Assembly: GCA_002269645.1 (NCBI GenBank)
Contig: NIVC01000642.1
Coordinates: 149,586-213,585, forward strand
Source: Macrostomum lignano
Taxonomy: Eukaryota
Length of the DNA stretch: 64,000 nt
Reading direction: 5' to 3'
This document shows, in pieces, positions 63,611-64,000 of the stretch; position 1 is the first letter of the stretch; each line of letters starts with the position of its first letter. Made by a program: the position numbers and the translations under genes. The notes below the pieces were generated by a model. It was not told the DNA's origin. It was given only the letters and a program-made list of their open reading frames with translations, and made no database searches.

Positions 63611-64000
63611 GAGGAAGGGTGGATCGAGTTGGGAGCCACCAACGTAAAGGGAGCGAGAAGGGGGTTCGTTCTACCTAGTCAGCAGAGGGTTTCGCGTTGG
63701 CGGCAGCTGCAACCTTTAGATGATAAAGACTATTTCTTTGTGGCGAATACAGACACTTCGAATCTTCCTGGTAGGCATTGGGTTGTAGTTGGGTGAGTAG
63801 CAGGCGGTTAGGGGGGCGCCGTGGACGAAAGAGTCGGGGAATATTTTGATACGCTTGGTTTAAATCCATCGGAAAATATTAGACGGTGGTTGAGGCGAGA
63901 ATGTGGGGATTTTCAAAATTGGTCCTACAGCCGATTTGCTATTCAGGATCCTCGGACTGGTCATTGTGGTATTTGGGTGTTGTTTTATTTGTATTTCAAA
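63611..64000 (+). pseudogene. Adenain-type (clan CE, C5-like) cysteine protease of a Polinton/Maverick or related virus-like element; truncated by the window edge
   Basis: Frame 63719+3n reads DDKDYFFVANTDTSNLPGRHWVVVG*VAGG*GGAVDERVGEYFDTLGLNP...WSYSRFAIQDPRTGHCGIWVLFYLYFK. This shows NTD-PGxHW (His), EYFD (Asp) and IQ-x5-HCG (Gln, Cys) in the expected order. Stops at 63794-63796 (TGA) and 63809-63811 (TAG). Confidence 0.8.

Noticed and set aside
63793-63811. GTGAGT...TAG as a micro-intron removing the protease stops
   Set aside because: It is only 19 nt and its removal would shift the frame; point mutations explain the stops more simply.

Overview
This is eukaryotic (metazoan) genomic DNA, not prokaryotic. 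It has GC-rich exons with poly-Ala/Gln/Gly runs, AT-rich intergenic DNA and introns filled with tandem repeats. That style resembles the flatworm Macrostomum (inference only). I assembled seven spliced or single-exon genes by hand with consistent splice phases: a betaglycan/endoglin-like ZP membrane protein (+, 5' end missing), a BTB-BACK-Kelch protein (-, 6 exons, one GC-AG intron), a small HSP20/alpha-crystallin-like protein (+), a probable Treslin/TICRR homolog (+, partial), NSF (-, 9 coding exons), TADA3 (-) and an ankyrin-SOCS-box protein (-). There is also one orphan exon. Mobile DNA comprises a Mutator-like element with ~677-bp TIRs and a dead transposase, two foldback MITEs, two hAT MITEs with perfect 8-bp TSDs, and an internally deleted APE-type LINE inside a minisatellite. 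At the right edge is a pseudogenised adenain-type protease typical of Polinton/Maverick virus-like elements. The most unusual pattern is that most long introns carry their own private minisatellite. In several the repeat unit is itself a splice-site copy, and one TADA3 intron consists almost entirely of such units. Most long ORFs in the supplied track are repeat artefacts. Protein-family calls rest on motifs recalled from memory; no database searches were run.
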